Source: Chiloscyllium plagiosum (Eukaryota). From it: a DNA stretch of 38,517 nt. A model generated the notes under the pieces. It ran no database searches. It was given only the letters and a program-made list of their open reading frames with translations, and was not told where the DNA came from. Location: positions 6,824,407 through 6,862,923 of the forward strand of contig NC_057756.1 in assembly GCF_004010195.1 (NCBI RefSeq). The letters are read 5' to 3'. This document shows positions 12,016-24,034 of the stretch, piece by piece. The stretch's first letter is position 1. Every line of letters begins with the position of its first letter. The position numbers and the translations under genes were made by a program.

Positions 12016-12439
12016 GGAAGCAGGCTGATCCAACACTGATCCTTGTGGCACACCACTGGTCACAGGCTTCAAGTCTGTGACTGTATGAATGGTGATATGG
12101 TTCCAAATCAGTGTGTTGGAGTTGAACTTGTAGCTTATTGTGTGCCAATCCGTTTGCATCCACTGACTGTCCAGGTCATGTGTTGGGTAGGGTTTTCTGC
12201 ACCACCCTTGCTTTGGCATTGCATTGCATCTTGTGCCAGTGCTGTTACAGGCATTTTAGATGGGTTCATGAGCATTGCACTATCCTGTCCCTTCAGTCTT
12301 CCTTGATATCACAGGGACTGAATCAAATTGGCTAATGGCTGACATTCATGATGCTGGGAATTTCATGGGGGAGAGTGAGATGGATCCCCACTTGGCACTT
12401 TAGCTGAAGGCATTGCAGATGCTTCAGCTTCATCTTTTC

Positions 12440-12922
12440 CATTAGGAAGGAGACCAGAATTGCACATAATATTCCAAAGGTGGCCTAACCAATGTCCTGT
12501 ACAGCCGCAGCATGACATCCCAATTCCGATACTCAGTGCTCTGCCCAATACAGGAAAGCATAACAAATGCCTTTTACACTATCTTATCTACCTGTGATTC
12601 TACTTTCAAGGAACTATGAACATTCACTCCAAGGTCTCTTTGTTCAGGAGCACTCCTGAGGACCTTACCATTAAGTGTATAAGTCCTGCTAAGATTTGCT
12701 TTCCCAAAATGCAGCACCTCACACTTATCGAAATTAAACTCCATCTGCCACTCCTCAGCCCATTGGCCTATCTGATCAAGAACCTGTTGTACTCTGAGGT
12801 AATCTTTTTCACTGTCCACTACACCTCCAATTTTGGTGTCATCTACAAACTTATCAGATGTACCTCCTACTTTCACATCCAAATGTTTTATATAAATGAT
12901 GAAAAGCAATAGTCCCAGCACC
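12440..12922 (-). mobile_element. CR1 RT fragment
   Basis: ORF 12574..12948(-) LLFIIYI...KFVDDTKIGG...WQMEFNFDKCEVLHFG. Confidence 0.9.
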
Positions 12923-12925
12923 ATG

Positions 12926-13180
12926 GATGTGCAGTGGTTTCTGTGCAAAATGTTTACAGTGAGAGAGACCAGGATTGTTGTCTATCCTGGCAGACTCCTC
13001 ACATCTCTCCCATACGTCAGCTTTTGGCAGTGATGAATGATGGAGATTTCTGATTGAGATTCGTGACTGCTGCCAGTACTATTCAGTACTTTGCTGTACT
13101 TTAATTGTCCTCAGGGTCAGCAGAATTGGAGTGGTCAGGAATCTGGGTGGTGGAACATGTCAGAGTATCTGGGAGTTAAT
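12926..13180 (+). pseudogene. mcl1: MCL1-like processed pseudogene fragment (BH1-BH2)
   Basis: One frame: VVYPGRLLTSLPYVSF (VTNWGRIVTLISFGAF, GR at 12989-12994) and QQNWSGQESGWWNMSEYLGV (KRDWLVKQRGWDGFVEFFHV, ungapped). Internal TGA stops. Confidence 0.8.
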
Positions 13181-13460
13181 GCATCACAAAAGGAGGCTTT
13201 TGGGGCCATCATGCCTGCCCCTGCTGACCCAATAAACATTTCCCTCACTGCCATCCTCCTCCCTTCACCCCGTGACTCTGTAAACTCCTTCTCAAATATA
13301 TCCCCTGCCATTTTGAACACCTCAGTGGAATCTGCCCCCACCACACTCCGGGCCAGTGCACCCCACAATCTAACCTTTCTCTCAATGAGTCAACATTTTC
13401 CCTCCGCTGCTCCTGCTTCCTTTACCAACCACATTAAGCCTGTGCTTTCTCCCACCATTG
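13180..13460 (-). mobile_element. Old CR1 3' fragment
   Basis: ORF 13135..13368(-) WGALARSVVGADSTEVFK is a decayed CR1 ORF2 end. Confidence 0.6.
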
Positions 13461-13463
13461 GTA

Positions 13464-13788
13464 CAGCACAGGGTCTCAGTGGTTAGCACTGCTGTCTTTG
13501 AACACCAGGGACACGGGTTCGATTCCACCCTTGAGTGACTGTCTGTGTGGAGTTTACACCTTGTGTCTATGTGGGATGCATCTGGGCTGCTGTGGTTTCC
13601 ACTCACAGTCCAAAGATCTGCAGGTTTAAGGTGGATTGGCCACGCTAAATTGCCTCATAATGTCATGGGGATGTGCAGGCTAGTTATATTAGCTGGTGGG
13701 GTGTGGGTCTGGGTGGGATGCTCTTCAATGGGTCAGTGTGGACATGATGGGCCACATGGTCTGCTTCCACACTTGAGGGATTCTATGA
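13464..13788 (+). mobile_element. HE1-type SINE
   Basis: ctcagtggttagcactgctg...gggttcgattcc head and ttccacacttgagggattctatga tail. Confidence 0.9.
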
Positions 13789-13919
13789 CCTTTGCTACAG
13801 TGTACTGACCCCTCATGATTGTGAACACCTCCATCAAATCTCTGCTCAGCTTTCTCCTCTCTGAGGCACACAGATGTAACCTCTCCAATCTATCGACGGA
13901 ACCACACAGCTTGTCCAGA

Positions 13920-14287
13920 ATTAAAGCTGAATCTATTGCCTGTAATAACAGGAGATGATACGCATTTAGTTTAATATAGTGCCTGCACTGAACAACTGAA
14001 CATTTGACCAAAGTCTGAGAAACAATCTTTTGGAAATTGCATTTTGGTATTTTCAGTTTGTAACTTTGCTGAGTGGTTTCCCGTGTAACTGTCGAATTGT
14101 TCAATCCCACAATCAGGAACCCCATGATCACTCTACACTTCCTCCTCATGACATGCTGACCTCTTTTAATCGCCCCCAATCAGTCTGCTGTGATATTTGC
14201 TATCAAATAATCGTCTCAGAAAATGGCTTATTTATTTCCCTGGTTCAGCGTGTTAGGCTCCTGACTGAGCTTACACATGCTCTTTGT
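13920..14287 (+). pseudogene. mcl1: MCL1-like processed pseudogene (end of BH3 to TM)
   Basis: *YAFS, LTKV*ETIF, then in ORF 14030..14341: VTLLS + 12 aa + NQE (MCL1 VTLIS + 12 aa + NQE), DML (DVL), SENGLFISLV (LEGGIRNVLL). Confidence 0.75.
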
Positions 14288-14302
14288 CACACAGTCATAC
14301 AG

Positions 14303-14467
14303 GAGGAAGTGAGGACTGCAGATGCTGGAGATCAGAGCTGAACAATGTGTTGCTGAAAAAGCGCAGCAGGTCAGGCAGCATCCAAGGAGCAGGAGAATCA
14401 ACGTTTCGGGCATAAGCCCTTCTTCCTGACCTGACCTGCTGCGCTTTTCCAGCAACACATTTTTCAG
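14303..14467. mobile_element. Short fold-back Penelope-like insertion with 15-bp TSD
   Basis: Perfect TSD cacacagtcatacag (14288-14302 and 14468-14482). 39-bp inverted arms at 14337-14375 and 14430-14468. Confidence 0.85.
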
Positions 14468-15049
14468 CACACAGTCATACAGCCCAGAAGAGACCATTCA
14501 GCCCAGGAAGTCTGCACATAACACTAATCCCACTTTCCATCCCTTGGCCCATTGGCCATCAATGCTGAGACATTTCAATTGTTCCTGCATGTTCCTTTAA
14601 AAGGTTGCGAGGTTTTCCACCTCGACCACCCTCCAGCTGTGACTGACTGTCCCTGTGTCTGATTTTCCGATACTCCCAGTTCCAAAGTAGCACTTAGAAA
14701 CATCTGCTTCTTGAAAAAGAGTAATACATAGCCCAAACGTGCAAATATTTATGTGCATGTCAGTTCACAGTCTGCAACACCAGGGCTCTGTCTGTGTCTG
14801 CGATCACCAGTCCTCCCATTGTTCGCACATTTTGCTTTACGCTGTGTCTAAGAGATTAATGTTAGAGGTGCACAACTCAAATTAAATCAGTTGCTACTGC
14901 CTCTAGGTATTACTCAATCAGGTGTCCTATTTATTGATATAATTACCAGGTTCAGTGAGTTTGTTGATGCGGGAACAGCAGAAATTCCTCCAATGTTTGA
15001 ACCATTAGGCAGAGCAGCTCATTTTTTTGCTTGAATTTCCTGAAGTTTA

Positions 15050-15360
15050 TAGAGTCATAGAGATGTACAGCACGGAAACAGACCCTTTGGTCCAACTCGT
15101 CCATGCCAACCAGATATCCCAACCTAATCTAGTCCCACCTGCCAGTACCCAGCCCATATTCCTTCAAACCTTCCATATTTATATCCCATCCATGTCCCTT
15201 TTAAATGTTGCAATTGTACTAGTCTCTACCACTTCCTCTGGCAGCCCATTCCACACATGCACCAACCTGTACGCGATAAAGTTGCTCCTGAGGTCTCATA
15301 TCTTTCCCTTTTCATCCTAAACCTATGACCTCTAGTTCTGGACTCCCCCACCCCAAACCA
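15050..15360 (-). mobile_element. CR1 3' end fragment
   Basis: agagtcatagagatgtacagcacggaaacag tail and GESRTRGHRF. Confidence 0.9.
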
Positions 15361-16550
15361 GTGAGTGGTTTGGAGGAGAACATGCAGGGGGTAGTGTTCC
15401 CATGTAACTGCTACCCTTGTCCTTCTAGATGGAAATGGTCCTGGGTTTGGAAGGTGCTGACTGAGAACATTTGGAGAATTTATGCAGTGCATCTTGTAGG
15501 TGGTACAAACTGCTGCTACTGAATTTTGATGGTAGACAGAGTGAATGTTCGTGGAAGTGGTGCCAATCAAGCGGGCTGCTTTGTCCTGGATGGTGTTAAA
15601 CTTCTTCATTGTCGTTGGGGCTGCACCCATCCAGGTAAGTGGGGAATATTCCATCACATTTCTGACTTGTGCCTTATAGATGGTGGACAGGCTTTGAGGA
15701 GGCAGGATGTGAGTTACTTGCTGCAGTATTCCGAGCCTCTGACCTGCTCTTGTAGCCGCTGTTCTTATGTGCCACATCCAGTTGAGTTTCTGGTCAATGA
15801 TAACCTCCAGGATGTTGATAGTGGGGGATTCAGTAATGGTAACACCATTGAATGTCAAGGGGCAGTAGTTAGATTGTCTATTATTGATGATGGTCACACC
15901 CTGACATTTGTGTGGTGTAAATATTACTTCCCAATTGTCAGCCCAAGCCTGGATATTGTCCAGATCTTGTTGAATTTGGATGCGGACTGCTTCAGTCTCT
16001 GAGGAGTCATGAATGGTGCTGAACATTGTGCAATCATCAGCGAATATCCCCACTTCTAACCTTATGATGGAGAGAAGGTCATTCATGAAGTAGCTGAAGA
16101 TGATTGGACCACGGAAACTACCCTGAGGAATTCCTGCAGAGATGTCCTGGAGCTCAGTTGACTGGCCTCCAACAACCATGACCACCTTCCTACATGCCAG
16201 GTATGACTCCCAAGAGATTGCCTCCTGATAACATTGATTCCAGTTTTGCGAGAGCTCCTTGATGCTACACTCAGTTGAATGCAGCCTTGATGTCAAGGGC
16301 TGTCACTCTCCCCTCATCTCTGGAATTCAGCTCTTTTGTCAATGTTTGAACTAGGGCTGTAATGAGATCAGCAGCTGAGTGAGCCTGGCGGAACCCAAAC
16401 TGGGTGATGCTGAGCAAGTTATTGCTGAGCAGGTGCTGCTTGATAGCACTGTTGATGAACACCTTCCATCACTTTACTGATGATCGAGAGTAGACTGATG
16501 GGGTGGTAATTGGCTGGGTTGAATTTGTCTTGCTTTTTCTGTACAGGACA
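15361..16550 (-). mobile_element. RT fragment of a second non-LTR family (CR1/L2 group)
   Basis: PANYHPISLLS, QFGFR, ALDIKAAFN, GIPQGS, IFADD in ORFs 16419..16607, 16271..16462 and 15226..16296. Confidence 0.9.
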
Positions 16551-16822
16551 TCCAAGTTCTGCAATTCTATGAATTCTGATAATTACCCAGTCATTGTGTT
16601 GGCACACTATTCATGCAATCATATAGACCTATAACTGAAAATCCGCCCTTTGATCCCATTGAGTTTATGCCAGTGAAAAACAACCGCCTAACTATTTGAA
16701 TTCCCATTTTCCAGCACTTTGTGTGCTTTGGCAATGCAAGTGGACATCCAAATATTTATGCAATATTATGAGGCTTGGATGTAAGTGTCGAGTTTACCTG
16801 GCCAGATGTGCTTGCTGTTTTT

Positions 16823-17717
16823 AGTCATAGAATCGTAGAGTCCTACAGCACGGAGAAATGTCCTTTGACCCAAACTGGTCCATGCCGACCGAAATGTCCA
16901 TCCACAATAACCCCATTTCTCTGCACGCAGCCCATATCCTTCTAAACCTTTGCTATCCATGTATTTGTCCAAACACCTTTTAAATGTTGTCAATACACCC
17001 GCCTCAACCACTTCCACTTGCAGCTCATTCCACATGCATACTACACTCTGTAAAAAAATTGCTCCTCAAGTTCCCTTTTATTCTTTCCCATCTAACTGAT
17101 GCCCTCTAGACCTCGATTCTCCAACCATTGGGAAAAACATTGAATGCATTCACCCTAACCATGTCTCTCATGATCTTATACACTTCTATAAGACTCTCCC
17201 CTCAGTCTCCTACGTTTGAAATGAAAATGTCCTAGCTTGTCCAACCTCTGCCTATAACTCAGTCTCTTCAGTCCTGGTAATATCCTTGTCAATTTCTTCT
17301 GCACTCTTTCCAGTTTAATAACATTCTTCCTATAGAAAGTTGAGTAAAACTAACACAATACTGCAAGTGCAGCCTCACCAACGCCCTGTACAACATAACT
17401 TCACAACTTCTATACTCAGTGCCCTGACTGATGAAGACCAGTGTGCCAAAAGCCTTCTTCACTGCCCTGTCTACTTTGAGAAAACCGTGAACCAGAACTC
17501 CAAGATACTTCCATTCACCATGAAAGTCCTACCTTGATTTTGACTTCTCAAAATGCAATACCTCACACTTATCTATCCATTTGCTCTTTCTCAGCCCACT
17601 TCCCCAGTTGATCAAGGTCCTGCTGCAATTTCTGATAACCCTCCGCACTGTCCATGATACCGCCTACTTTACTATCATCAGCAAACTTACTAATTATGCC
17701 TTGTACATTCTCATCCA
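16823..17717 (-). mobile_element. CR1 RT/3' fragment
   Basis: ORF 16766..17035 WNELQVEVVEAG...YMDSKGLEGYG, and tcatcagcaaacttac (reverse complement of SKFADD). Confidence 0.9.
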
Positions 17718-17857
17718 TGCCTATTTGTTATTTCACACTCATCTGCTGCTGATGTTTGCTGTTGTGTCTGAGGCACGTCGCGTCTGTTTACTTTCTGGTT
17801 TTGTTTCAGTTCTGCAGCACCCACGATTCTTTGTCCTATTTGATGTGGAAACAAAGG

Positions 17858-18073
17858 TACGGTCAGTTCTTCTACAACGCAATAGTTGCATTGTTGTGCA
17901 ACCCCACATTATAGAAAAATCGCGCTTTAAATACAGTGCTTCAACTGTTGGTGATGTTATCGCGTTACAGCCAACACACGTTTTAAAGGTTCGTGCTTTA
18001 GAACCAGCATCCCCAATTCACTTTACAGGGCATTCACATTGACGAAACACAAGTTATAGCAGAACTACCTGTA
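17858..18073. mobile_element. Intact TA-flanked MITE (Tc1/mariner-pogo type)
   Basis: TA at both ends with imperfect TIRs cggtcagttcttctacaac and gttatagcagaactacctg. Non-coding. Confidence 0.8.
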
Positions 18074-18213
18074 GGCTGTTCAGCCCATCAAATCTGTCCT
18101 GCCATTCATCATGTTCATGGCTGATTGAACACTTTAATGCCTTTAATCCATCTCATCTACATCACCCTGTACACCACTGGGAGTCATAAATCTACCAATC
18201 TACCAATTAAGTA

Positions 18214-18419
18214 TACAGCCATTTATTTCATATTGCGATAGCCATGTTACTGTTCGACCCCGCGCTAGACAAGAATTGCGCAAGACAAATGGTGATGCAA
18301 TCACGCGGTAGCCAACACATTTTCGAAGTTTGTGCTTTCGAAACAGCACTCCCTGTTCGTCAGTCACGTTGCACCGAATTTGTGTTGAAGAAATATGTGT
18401 TATAATGGAACAATCTGTA
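18214..18419. mobile_element. Related diverged TA-flanked MITE
   Basis: tacag...ctgta ends. Shares agccaacaca and gtgcttt.gaa.cagca with 17858-18073. Confidence 0.65.
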
Positions 18420-18469
18420 CTCAGACTATGTGAGATCCCACAACTTTTTGTGGTAGAGAAGAAGACTGA

Positions 18470-18618
18470 CTTAGTTCACACACACCCCTGACTTGGTGTT
18501 CACAAATCATTAGTACGCTGCGTGAGGACAATGGATAAATCTTTTCAGAATATGTATTGTGATGGCTTTTCTTAAGTCTATGTCAGGGCTTACTGGGCCA
18601 ATATCCATTGAAACCCGA
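18470..18618 (+). pseudogene. Possible MCL1-like fragment (BH3 end to helix 4)
   Basis: VFTNH*YAA*G...MAFLKSMS versus recalled fish-type KHRYAYNGM...MGFVSSVA. Confidence 0.4.
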
Positions 18619-18619
18619 A

Positions 18620-19335
18620 CATCATACAGCAGGGAAACAGACCCTTTGGTCCAAATCGTCCATGCTGATCAGGTTTCCCAAGGCAAACTAATCCCATTTG
18701 CCTGTGTTTGGCTCACATCCCTCCAAACCTTTCCTATCCATATACCTATCCAAATGGCTTTTAAATTTTGTAACTGTACCTCCCTCTACCACTTCCTCTA
18801 GCTGTTCCTTCCATTTATGCACTACCCACTGTGTGAAAAAGTTGCCCCTCAGGTCCTTTTTAAATCTCTCCTCACTCACCTTAAACCTACGCCCTGCAGT
18901 TTTGAACTCCTCTACCCTGGGGGAGAAGACTTTTGCTATTCACCTTATCTATGCCCCCACGTGATTTTATAAACCTCGAGAAGGTCACCCCTCAACCTCT
19001 GACACTCCAGGGTAAAAGATGCTAGCCAATCCAGCCTCTCCTTTAAACTTAAACCCCCCAGTTTTTGTAAACCTTTTCTGCACTCGTTCCAATTTAATAA
19101 CATCCTTCCCATCTCAAGATGACCAGAACTGTATGCAGTGCTTCAAAAGCAGCCTCACCAATGTCCTGTACATCTGCAATATAGCATCCAACTCCCATAC
19201 TCAATGCTCTGACCAATGAAGGCAAGTGTGCTAAATGCCTTTTTCACAAGCCTGTCTCCCTGTGACTCCACATTCAAGAACAATGAACCTGCACCCCTAG
19301 ATCTCTCTCTGTTCGACAACACTCTCCAAAGCCCT
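18620..19335 (-). mobile_element. CR1 3' fragment
   Basis: ORF 18688..18879 RFKKDLRGNFFTQ, and VKKAFSTLAFIGQSIEY. Confidence 0.9.
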
Positions 19336-19340
19336 AATAT

Positions 19341-19661
19341 TAGGATTAGATTAGATTCGATTAGATTCCCTACAGTGTGGAAACAGGCCCAACTAGTCCA
19401 CACCGACCCTCTGAAGAGCAACCCACCGAGACCCATTTTCCCTAACTAATGCACCTAACTCTACAGGTAATTTAGCACGGCCAATTCACCTAACCTGCAC
19501 ATCTTTGGACTGTGGGAGGAAACCGGAGCACCCAGAGGAAACCCACGCAGACACGGGGAGAACGTGCAAACTCCACACAGACAGTGGCCCAAGGGTGGAA
19601 TCAAACCTGGGTTCCTGGCGCTGTGAGGCAGCAGTGCTAACCACTGAGCCATCGTGCCGCC
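19341..19661 (-). mobile_element. HE1-type SINE
   Basis: Full head ggcggcacgatggctcagtggttagc (reverse complement) and (ttaga)n tail. Confidence 0.95.
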
Positions 19662-20556
19662 TGTTTCTGGGTAAGTAGAGGATTCTGGGTAATCCAAGAT
19701 GGAAGATGAGAAAAGTTTCTGGCTGTAACAGGTTGATCCTTTTTGAGGTATTTTAGATGTCCTCGAATTCCAGGAACAACAATTACTGTTTTATATGCTG
19801 TTGCATTGTTTGGAACTTGGAGAAAAAAGAAAGTCATAACAATGGCACTTTTAAAAGGGAGAGGACAGACAAAGGCAGCACATGGTCAGGTCAGTGCAGG
19901 AGGGAGACAGAGAAAGAAACCCACACTGCTCCCTAACAGAGCAGTGAACCTGCGCAGTTACTGCCTTTGCTGTTTGAAATCATGTATCACTGGGCACTGG
20001 AGTTCACCTTGGATAATTAACAAACAAGGAAGTTGACAACTGATCTTGAAGGAACTGATCTTGAAGGAACCTCGAGGGAGAGGTCACGGCACAGAAACAG
20101 ATAAGTGAGCAGTTTTAACTGTGGCCTTGCTGTAAGTCTGCAGTAGAGTGGGTTCTTTCTTGATTATGTGTTTTATTGACAAAAGTTTCTTGATTAAAAT
20201 TAAAAATATAAGCCATAATTATTAAGTTAGCCTGGAGCAGTGTTTTGTAGAGGAATACGACAATGGTGTTTTCTGGGTCTGTAGTTTGAAAGAAACAAAA
20301 ATTGTCTTTAGTAGAGCGATATACTCTTTTTGTCGAATGTGGCAGTTTAGGGAGAGTTTACGGCTTACTGAGGATTATGTCTGCAATAAATGCTGTTGGT
20401 TGTGAATCCTATCAGATCAAATGGATTGATTGGAGGGACAGTTAGAGGCAATGAGGAATTTTCAAGAGCTAGGGGCAGTGATGGATGGCAGTTATAGGCA
20501 GGGAGAAAAGCTGCAAATACAGTCACATAGAACTCCAGGCAAGGTAAAAGAGGTAG

Positions 20557-21144
20557 GAGAAAGTGAGGACTGCAGATGCTGGAGTAACAGAGTTGAAAAA
20601 TGTGGTGCTAGAAAAACACAGCAGGCCAGGCAGCATCCGAGGAGCAGGAGAATCGACGTTTCGGGCATAAGCCCTTCTTCAGGAATGAGGCTGGTGTGCC
20701 AAGGCTGAGATAAAAGGTACGGGGGAGGGAATTTGGGGGAGGGGTGCTGGGAATACGATAGGTAGAAGGAGGTGAGGGTGAGGGTGATAAACCGGAGAGC
20801 GGGTGGGGGCGGAGAGGTCAGGAAGAAGATTGCAGGTCAAGAGGGCGGTGCTGAATCCGAGGGTTGGGACTGAGATAAGGTGGAGGGAGGGGAAATGAGG
20901 AAACTGGAGAAATCTACATTCCTCCCGTGTGATTGGAGGGTTCCTAAGTGGAAGATGAGGCGTTCTTCCTCCAGGCATCGTTTGGCCAGGGTCTGGCGAT
21001 GGAGGAGGCCAAGGACCTGCATGTCATTGGCGGAGTGGGAGGGGGAGTTAAAGTGTTTAGCCACAGGACGGTTGGGTTGGTTGGTGCGGGTGTCCCAGAG
21101 ATGTTCCCTAAAACGTTCGGCAAGTAGGTGGCCTGTCTCTCCAA
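20557..21144 (-). mobile_element. Penelope-like element 3' fragment: GIY-YIG endonuclease C-terminus plus terminal repeat with hammerhead motif
   Basis: IGETGHLLAERFREH...PVAKHFN...EERLIFHLGTLQSHGRN. TSD taaaagaggtag/taagagaggtag (20545-20556 and 21145-21156). Confidence 0.9.
20655..20682 (-). ncRNA. Minimal hammerhead ribozyme motif
   Basis: Minus strand CTGAAGA-A-GGGC-TTAT-GCCC-GAAA-CGTC. Confidence 0.7.
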
Positions 21145-22537
21145 TAAGAGAGGTAGGCAGGTAGTGCAGAATCAAGAATGTTCTCAAGGAGGAGAGGGCC
21201 CAGCAGAAGGTCATTGTACACATTGGAACTAATGACATAGGAAGGGAAAAGGATGAGATTCTGAAGGGAGAATGTAGAGTGTTAGGCAGAAATTTAAAAA
21301 GGAGGCCCTCGAGAGTAGTAGTATCTGGATTTCTCCCAGTGCTACAAGCTAGTGAGGGTAGGAATAGGAGGATAGAGCAGAGGAATGCATGGCTGAAGAG
21401 CTGGTGTATGGGAGAAGGATTCACATTTTTGGATCATTGGAATCTCTCCTGGGGTAGAAGTGACTTGTACAAGAAGGATGGATTGCATCTGAATTGGAAG
21501 GGGACTAATATACTGGAAGGGAGATTTGCTCAAGTTGCTGGGAGGATTTAAACTAGTAAGGTGTGAAAGGGAGGACACCCAGGGAGATAGTGAGGAAAGA
21601 GATCCATCTGAGACTGGTACAGTTAGGAAAAGGAGACAGTCAAACAGTCAGGGCATGCAGGGACAGAGCAGAGGACAAGGTATGACTGATAAATTAAACT
21701 GCACTTATTTCAATGCAAGAGGGAAGGCAGATGAACTCAGGGCATGGTTAGGAACATGGAACTGGGATATTATGGTTCAGGGATGGACAGGACTGACAGC
21801 TTAATGTTCCAGGATACATGCTATAGGAAAGACAGAAAGGGAGGCAATAGGGGAGGGGGAGTGGCATTTTTGATAAGGGTTAGCATAACAGCGGTACTGA
21901 GGGAGGATATTCCTGGAAATACATCCAAAGAAGTTATTTGGGTGGCACTGAGAAATAAGAAAGGGATGACCACCTTATTGGGATTGTATCATAGACCCTC
22001 TAATAGTCAGCAGGAAATTGAGAAATACATTTGTAAGGAGATCTCAGTTATCTGTAAGAATAATAGGTTGGTGATGTTAAGAGATTTTAACTTTCCAAAC
22101 AGAGACTGGGACTGCCATAGTGTTAAGGGTTTAGATGGAGAGGAATTTGTTAAGTGTGTACAAGAAGATTTTCTGATTCAGAATGTGGATGTACCTACTA
22201 GAGAAGGTGCAAAACATGACCTACCCTTGGGAAATAAGGCAGGGCAGGTGACTGAGGTGTCAGTGGGGGAGCACTTTGGGACCAGCGACCATAATTCTAT
22301 TAGCTTTGAAATAGTGATGGAAAAGGATAGACCAGATCTAAAATTTGAAGTTGTAAATTGGAGGAAGGCTAATTTTGATGGTATTAGGCAAAAACTTTCA
22401 AAAGTTGATTGGGAGCGGATGTTTGCAGGTAAAGGGACGGTTGGAAAATGGGAAGCCTTCAGAAGTGAGATAATGAGAGTCCAGAGACAGTATATTCCTG
22501 TTAGGGTGAAAGGAAAGGCTGGGGAATGCTGGATGAC

Positions 22538-23337
22538 TTTTGTCATTTACATAAATGATTTGGATGTGAGCATAAGAGGTACAGTTAGTAAGTTTGCAGA
22601 TGACACCAAAATTGGAGGTATAGTGGACAGCGAAGAGGGTTATCTCAGATTGCAACAGGATCTGGACCAGATGGGCCAATGGGCTGAGAAGTGGCAGATG
22701 GAGTTTAATATAGAGAAGTGTTTGGAAAGTCGCATCAAGGTAGGAATTTCAAGCTGAGTGGTATGGTGTTAAGGAGTGTAGTGGAACAGAGGGACCTTGG
22801 AGTTCAGGTGCTTGGTTTTTTGAAAGTGGAGTCCCAGGTAGACAGGGCAGTGAAGAAGGCTTTTGGCACACTGGCCTTCATCAGTCAGGGCACAGAGTAT
22901 AGAAGTTGGAAGAGGTAAAAACAATGACTGCAGATGCTGGAAACCAGATTCTGGATCAGTGGTGCTGGAAGAGCACAGCAATTCAGGCATTACAAAATTA
23001 TGAGGGGCACGGATAGGGTAAATAGGCAAAGTCTTTCCCCTGGGGTTGGGGAGTCCAGAACTAGAGGGCAAAGGTTTAGGGTGAGAGGGGAAAGATGTAA
23101 AAGAGACCTAAGAGGGTGGTATGTATATGGAATGAGCTGCCAGAGGAAGTGGTAAGGGCTGGTACAATTGGAACATTTAAGAGGCATTTGGATGGGTATA
23201 TGAATAGGAAGGGTTTGGAGGGATATGGGTCAGGTGCTGGCAGGTGGGACTGGATTGGGTAGCGATATCTGGTCGGCATGGACGGTAGGACCGAAGGGTC
23301 TGTTTCCATGCTGTACATCTCTATGACGCTATGAATC
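22538..23337 (+). mobile_element. 5'-truncated CR1 nested in the CR1 ORF2, itself containing a PLE end fragment (22914-22989)
   Basis: Host ...ggatgact jumps to FVIYINDL...KFADDTK, ends ctctatgacgctatga, then the host linker resumes. Confidence 0.85.
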
Positions 23338-24034
23338 TAAATTGACGGTTTGATTAAGAAAAAAAGGAAACTTATGTCAGGTAGAGATGGGATAGATAGA
23401 GAACAAAGGCAGTAGAAGTATACTTAAAAGGGAAATCAGGAGGGCAAAAAAGGGGACATGAGATAGCTTTGGCAAATAGAATCAAGGAGAATCCAAAGGG
23501 TTTTTACAAATACATTAAGGATAAAAGGGTAATGAGGGAGAGAATAGGGCCCCTCAAATATAAGCAAGATGGCCTTTGTGTGGAACCGCAGGAGATGGGG
23601 GAGATATGAAATGAGTACTTTACATCAATGTTAATTTTGGAAAAGGACATGGAAGATACAGACTGTAGGGAAATAGATGGTGACATCTTGAAAAATGTCC
23701 ATCTTACAGAGGAGGAAATGCTGGATGTCTTGAAAAGCATAAAAGTGGATCAATCCTCTGGATGTGATCGGGTGTACCCTAGAACTCTGTGGGAAGCTAA
23801 GGAAGTGATTGCTGGGCCTCTTGCTGAGATATTTATATCATCAATAGTCACAGCTGAGGTGCTGGAAGACTGGAAGCTGGCTAATACGGTGGCAATATTT
23901 CAGAAAGATGGTAAGGACAAGTTAGGTTACTATAGACCAATGAGCCTGATGTCGGTCGTGGGCAAGTTGTTGGAGGGAATCCTAAGGGTCATGATGTACA
24001 TGCATTTGGAAAGACAAGGACTGATTAGGGATAG

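Larger units (their letters stand above)
14700..17810 (+). pseudogene. MCL1-like pseudogene shredded by LINE insertions (pieces about 14700-15049, 16551-16616, 16775-16822, 17718-17810)
   Basis: LLYAVSKRLM (BH4), IDIITRFSEFV (LETLRRVGDGV), MFEPLGR (AFQGMLR). Removing 15050-16550 rejoins SL|SKF (SLSRV). AYLLF at 17718 is a DNA paralog of 37506-37553. Confidence 0.65.

Noticed and set aside
13025..13075. C/D-box snoRNA-like pattern (TGGCAG-TGATGA...CTGA...CTGCCA)
   Set aside because: Too short, the D box is misplaced, and it lies within the MCL1-like BH1-BH2 frame.
15226..16296. 356-aa ORF as a host gene
   Set aside because: LINE RT C-terminus reading into a CR1 tail, frameshifted upstream.
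17810..17856. 47-bp exon candidate
   Set aside because: The donor is formed by an old CR1 tail and the MITE TA site, with no partner exons.
21744..22757. 337-aa ORF as a compact endonuclease-RT gene
   Set aside because: Chance in-frame fusion of host CR1 endonuclease with a nested CR1 RT piece at 22538.
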